DNA of 63,674 nt, filler included, from Streblomastix strix (taxonomy: Eukaryota): assembly GCA_008636045.1 (NCBI GenBank). It is 4 parts of 4 records of this genome, joined end to end, with 100 filler letters (N's around TTAATTAATTAA, not from the genome) between each part and the next. Parts side by side here need not be neighbours in the genome. Positions count along the whole stretch, not along the records: positions 47,838 to 63,674 come from SNRW01000924.1; 3 more parts are not named here. One strand, written 5' to 3'. Shown piece after piece: positions 58,378-63,674 of the stretch. Position 1 is the first letter of the stretch, and the number at the start of each line of letters is the position of its first letter. Both the position numbers and the translations under genes were made by a program. A model generated the notes under the pieces. It saw nothing but the letters and a program-made list of their open reading frames with translations, was not told the DNA's origin and did not search any database.

Positions 58378-61300
58378 ATGTTCAAACCATAGATTGCAGC
58401 TCCAAACGCACTTGGTGAACTCGCAACACTTGGTCTTACAGTATGAGTTTAATTATTCTACAAAAAAAACTAACTATATTTTTGTACAGAACATTCGTTA
58501 AATGGGTCAGAAGTTTGCGTGAATTATTATATTTAATAAAAATATCATTCTTATTTAGTATGTATTAAGCATCGCACCCAGAATTTGGGTAAATATGTGC
58601 AATTACAAGAGTGCGAAAAGGATTTAACAAGAATGAATGGAAATTTATTAGCGATCTGGCAAAGTTTATTTTCTTATATTCTTCCTTAATATAAATATTA
58701 CTCATTCATTTTTTATATATCATTATCGATATTCTTTCCTTATCGTATATATTATTGAATGTAGAGAATAAATTGAATGTGAATTCATCACCAAAAACTT
58801 GGCTCTAAGTAAAACACCTTCTTTCTTTGTAATATTCACTGAATATTATGGTGAGAATGTATACAAATGACTTTTTGAATGATCATATTTATTCTTTATA
58901 TATATATTATAGACTCTGGAAGATTATGCAATAGCTAAAACCTTTATAAATTAGGAGATTGTAGTATCAACAGTAATTGGAAACATATTGGAGGCAGTTA
59001 ATGAATTGCATAAGAAGAATCTTACTCATGGGTATATATTTGTTATATTTAATATCTTATTCTCTGTATTTTATTATTAAACTCAGCAATTTGAAACTAA
59101 GTAACATCTTCTTTAAGGAAGTAGCTCCAGACAAATCAGTTGCTGTTGTTACTAATCTTAGTGGAGTGAGATCAATTGGAGAATAGTTGTAAATACTTCC
59201 AAATATGTGTGAATTAATTTTTATTTGTTTTTTTCTTATATCTTCAATCTTTTTAGTCCTATTCAGATGCAAGTGTGAGTATTAATATATATATTAAGAT
59301 CATATTTTAATTATATCTATATTTGAATAGCCTCCAGAAGCATTGCAAGGATTACCTTATACCCCTTAAAGTGATTTATATATGATTGGCCTTATTATGT
59401 ATGGAATGCTCTTTGGGAAGTGTGAATACATATCAGTTTATTTTATGATTGATAATTGTATATTATTTAATAATCTCTTTTATATAAAGATTACCTTACA
59501 CATCAGGTAACCATCAAGCACTTATATAAGAAATATAAAGTGGACCTCAAGAATTAGAAAGTTTATCATTGGGATTCAATACAGCACTTTGCACTCTCCT
59601 TGCTTTTGATCCTAATCAACGTTAATCCTGCGAATAAATGCTTCAAAATTCTCCATTATTCAATAAATAAGTAGATCTAGAGCTTTACTTGGACAATCCA
59701 TAAATTGCCATGTAAATGCAGAATTAAAGGATCTATATTAGAGGAAGCTCAACAATTCCAACACATATATTAACATAACCACCAATTCAAATGCAATCAC
59801 TTTAAATAAATGCATCCATTATTCCTGTTAATCATACTGATCCATAATAAGATCCAAATGATTTCCAAATTAGATGTGAACTATGTAATAATTATATTAA
59901 ACACAGTTAATATAAGAATCATATTCAATCTATTCATCCAGGCTCTGAGTTTGTTTTTCTTTATTGTTAATTGAAACAATTATTTATTATTCTTTCTATA
60001 GGTTATACAGATTGGAGCTTGAAAGAACTAATAATCCAAATAGAATTCAACAACCAATAGTAACTAACTAAATTAATTAATAATAACCTCCTAATTCAAC
60101 TTTTCCATAAATATAACCTTCAGGATTTCCATAAGTATAACAACCATTTTAAGTATAACAACCTTTCTCTAATATATAACCTGCTTAATAATAACCTATG
60201 AGTGGATTTGTAACACCAGGTGTTAGATTAAATATTGATCGTAATTTGATTGGATAATAAAATATATTACCTGGAATACCAGTGAATGAAGATATAGGTA
60301 TGAAATATCATTAATTAGATGTGTTATTTATTTTACATATTTTTAAATATAATTTTATGCATTTATTTATATATCAAACATGACACATACTTCTATCTAT
60401 CCATAAATTCCTTCAACAGCAAATTCAACAATGTTATTGCAAGGATTATTAGAATAATCGCAAGCTCCTATTCAAATATTCAATCGTACTTGGAAGAAAT
60501 CAGATTGTATATCAAATCATTATTATATTATTATATTCATATTTCTCCTTTTATTTATTTATTATAATTCATATTTCATTTATTTATTATATTAGTCCAA
60601 AGATTAGACCGAATAGGAAAAGGTGGATTCGGTGAAGTTTGGCAAATTGTTGAAAAGAGAACATAACAATAAATGGTTTGGAAAGAAGTTGGATATTATA
60701 GTGAGAATGAGAAATAGTTAGTTAGGATGGAAATTGACATAATGCTGAATATCTATAATGCACTTCATCAATAATATCCAACTTAATTCCTTCATGTTGT
60801 TCAGCCTCTTGGATTCTTTGTAGGGGAAGATGGTGATAAAGCTTATTTAATTCTTGAATACTGTTCTGGAGGTGATCTCAGGAAGTATATTGAAAATCTA
60901 AGGAAATTGAGAGCTGAAATCACTGATAAAGTTAATTGAAATTTATTTAGATTGGAAATAATAAATGATTAATTATATATTTTTCTTTCTTGAATATTAA
61001 CAATCAGAACGCATGGAAAATAATTGGTCAAATTGCCATTTCAATAAGTTAACTTCATTTTAACAGAATAATTCACGGGTATAACCAACAAACATTTCTA
61101 ATAATAATCTAATTTATTTATATTAATATTTTCAGGGACCTCAAACCTGAGAATGTTTTTATTTCAGAAAATATGAAAGTGAAATTAGGTATGGGAATCA
61201 AATAAAATATATTATATATTATATATTATCATTTAATTCTAATAAATATAATATTAAGGTGATTTTGGATTATCTAGAGAGCTCTAACCAAACAGAGATT

Positions 61301-61975
61301 ACATAACAGGACAACCAGGAACAATGTATGTTTAAATATATATGAACATTGATTAAAATAATCTAATACAATAATAATAATAATATTTGTTCATTCTTGA
61401 AGATTCTACATTGCTCCTGAGAACTTGCAAGGATCTGGATAAAGTAGTTCATATGGAGGTGCTAGTATGTCATTGGGTGTAAGTGAACCTCCGTTTGTTG
61501 AATGATTTGATTAATTGAATCAAAAATTATTTTTATTTTATGATTAACTCAGAAAAGCGAATTAGACATTCGAAACTGACATGTGGGCAGTTGGTGTTAT
61601 GCTGTTTGAGCTTCTGGCATAAAAACATCCATTTGCATAGGGAAGGGTATGAATTATACCAAAAAAATAAATAATCGACTGAAAATTTATTTATTTATCT
61701 TTAATTTATATTTGCAGGGTTTGGGAGGTCAATTAGTAATTCCATAGCGTGTAGCAAATCCAGATATACAACCATCTGAACTTCCTGCTCACTACCCAGA
61801 GAGCATGCGTAGCTTGATCAAAGCATTGCTGAACAAAGTGTGATAATAATTATTTGAAAAGAAATAAATATCTTGATTTATTCACTTGTTTATTGAGCAG
61901 GATCCAGCAAGACGAATGACTGCAGAGGCAATTCTTTCTATTCCAGAAGTTGCAGCAAGTCTTAGAAGAAATTGA
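58378..61975 (+). CDS. Tandem pseudokinase - Zn finger - NEK-like (non-RD) kinase
   Basis: Domain 1: LTHG|NLKLSNIF, no DFG (TNLS), PE..SDLYMIG, DPNQR. Linker: CELC...HIQSIH. Domain 2: IGKGGFGEVW, VWKE, LEYCSGGDL, IHG|DLKPEN, DFGLSR, YIAPE, DMWAVG, DPARR. The linking introns are phase-compatible. Confidence 0.85.
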
Positions 61976-62531
61976 GCTTATGTGAAAAAAAGAAACTTGT
62001 ATAGAGATCAGATTTGAGCCAATTTGTATTTGAGCTATAGCACTCTTCATTTTGATATATTCATTAACTTTCAATAAATGACAAATATTCTCTATAACTT
62101 ACTATTATTTATATTTTTTATTTTGATAAATGAGAGAAAATATTTGATTTTTAATTTTCTCTCGTTTTCCTTATTCGCTCATTAATATGCATATTCTACT
62201 GATAATATATTATCATATGCAATAATATGCGCATTAATTACAATAACAATTAAAATTAATGCTAAGATTATACTCAAAAAACGATTTAGAAAATTTTCAA
62301 AATAAATGTGAACAAAATACAATAATGTGAATTATTTTCGGAATATTTTTTCATTTATTAACTTTATATTAATAATTTTAATCAATTTAACCTAATATAA
62401 ATCAATTTATAACTATAACAAGAGAAATACAACTAAATCACACATTTCATGCTAATAATAAGTTATTTGTTAGTTTCTTCCAAGATATTTATGATTTATA
62501 TACTTTATATTAACTAAAATTTACAGTTGGA

Positions 62532-63674
62532 ATGAGGTCAACCAAACAAAAAGACGAAGATATTTCGAAGATAGTTTATCCGTTCAGATAGGAACAGCGA
62601 GAGCGCCTCGATCTCATCGATTGCTTTGTGCGTGAGTGGTGTGAAAACGAGGAAATCGACAAAAATGTATTTTTCTTAATGAAGCTGAATCGCCTGCTTG
62701 GGGAAAGCAAGAGTCCAGAATTCAGCAAAGCTATGGCAAATGTTCTTGGACGCTATCCAGAGATTGTTGCAAAGCTCACTGAGATGGCTTTTGATGGATA
62801 TGCACTTGCATTATAAGTCTTTTTATTCTTGGTTGATTCAGAAAATGTTGTCAAAATGATGAGTTTGCACCTTAATTATAAGCATATTTATTGATGAACA
62901 TTTTTTTCTATACTTATTAATTCCCCATAATATAGTTGAACATAAACTTATTCAATTCCTTATTGAACTAACTGAGAAATCAGACCATCCTTTCATACCA
63001 ATTCTCTGTCTATAGATATTGGGAGGTATTGGAAGACTCCCTGAATTTGTAAGATACATATCAACTGATGAATGTGTAGAATGTTCTATTGCTTGTGTGG
63101 ACCTAACTGTTCCATGCTGTAAGTATGATATATATTATATTATATTATTATGTATTATATATAATCATTATTATTAATATTTATATAATAAGACGTGATG
63201 CAATGTCTGAGAAGTATCCAGTCTATTAAGAAGATGTCTTCTCTTCATTTACAGCATCACAATCAATTCCTGTATCAACATCTATATCCAATATGGTTCC
63301 TACTCCATTAACTGATTCTAATACTCCTTCTTCATCTATTAATTAATTACCTTAATCTACATATGCATCTTCTACTTAATAAACTGTTGGAAAGACTGGA
63401 GGAAAAGATTAGATGAATTTCCCCAATTAGAATTCATATACTCCAAATCTGCTCTTGAATGTTGGATAGAACTAAAATTCTACTTTTAAACCTCTGGATC
63501 TTCCAGCTGTAGCTGTGTGGTTTGTATTGCTCTTTTATATTCTATTATTTATTTATATTATAAATTATGCATTAATAACATTAAGCAAATTTGGAATAGA
63601 TCTTCTCCATCTGTTTGTTGAAAATAATGATAAAATGGCTTGTAAACCAATTTGGTAGAAAATGATTGCTTCTC
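62532..63674 (+). CDS. Hypothetical helical protein, 3' truncated by window end
   Basis: GC-elevated first exon MRSTKQKDEDISKIVYPF..., open with TAR=Gln, followed by phase-consistent introns. Confidence 0.7.

Overview
AT-rich eukaryotic DNA, not prokaryotic. The window is four unrelated contigs of nearly equal, descending length (1-15850, 15951-31797, 31898-47737, 47838-63674) joined by artificial N44-TTAATTAATTAA-N44 linkers. Genes have short GT-AG introns and read open only with TAA/TAG=Gln and TGA as sole stop (translation table 6). The supplied standard-code ORF track is therefore mostly spurious, and I retranslated by hand. The code, intron sizes and gene families suggest an oxymonad such as Streblomastix (inference, not verified). 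Contig 1 is mostly decayed transposons: two DIRS-type tyrosine-recombinase retroelement relics and a Tc1/mariner relic. Recognisable genes are a greatly enlarged BRF1, a CK1-family kinase, a Ser/Thr kinase, a pseudokinase-Zn finger-NEK-like tandem kinase, two U-box proteins, three SPRY-like proteins plus a fragment, and a coiled-coil/Pho87-like DASS transporter fusion. The most notable signals: (1) an unnamed helical protein family with five copies on three contigs; (2) a second helical module shuffled between kinase, RRM and stand-alone proteins with a conserved intron position; (3) a single in-frame TGA in an otherwise intact SPRY gene. Exon boundaries and relic ends are hand-derived and approximate.
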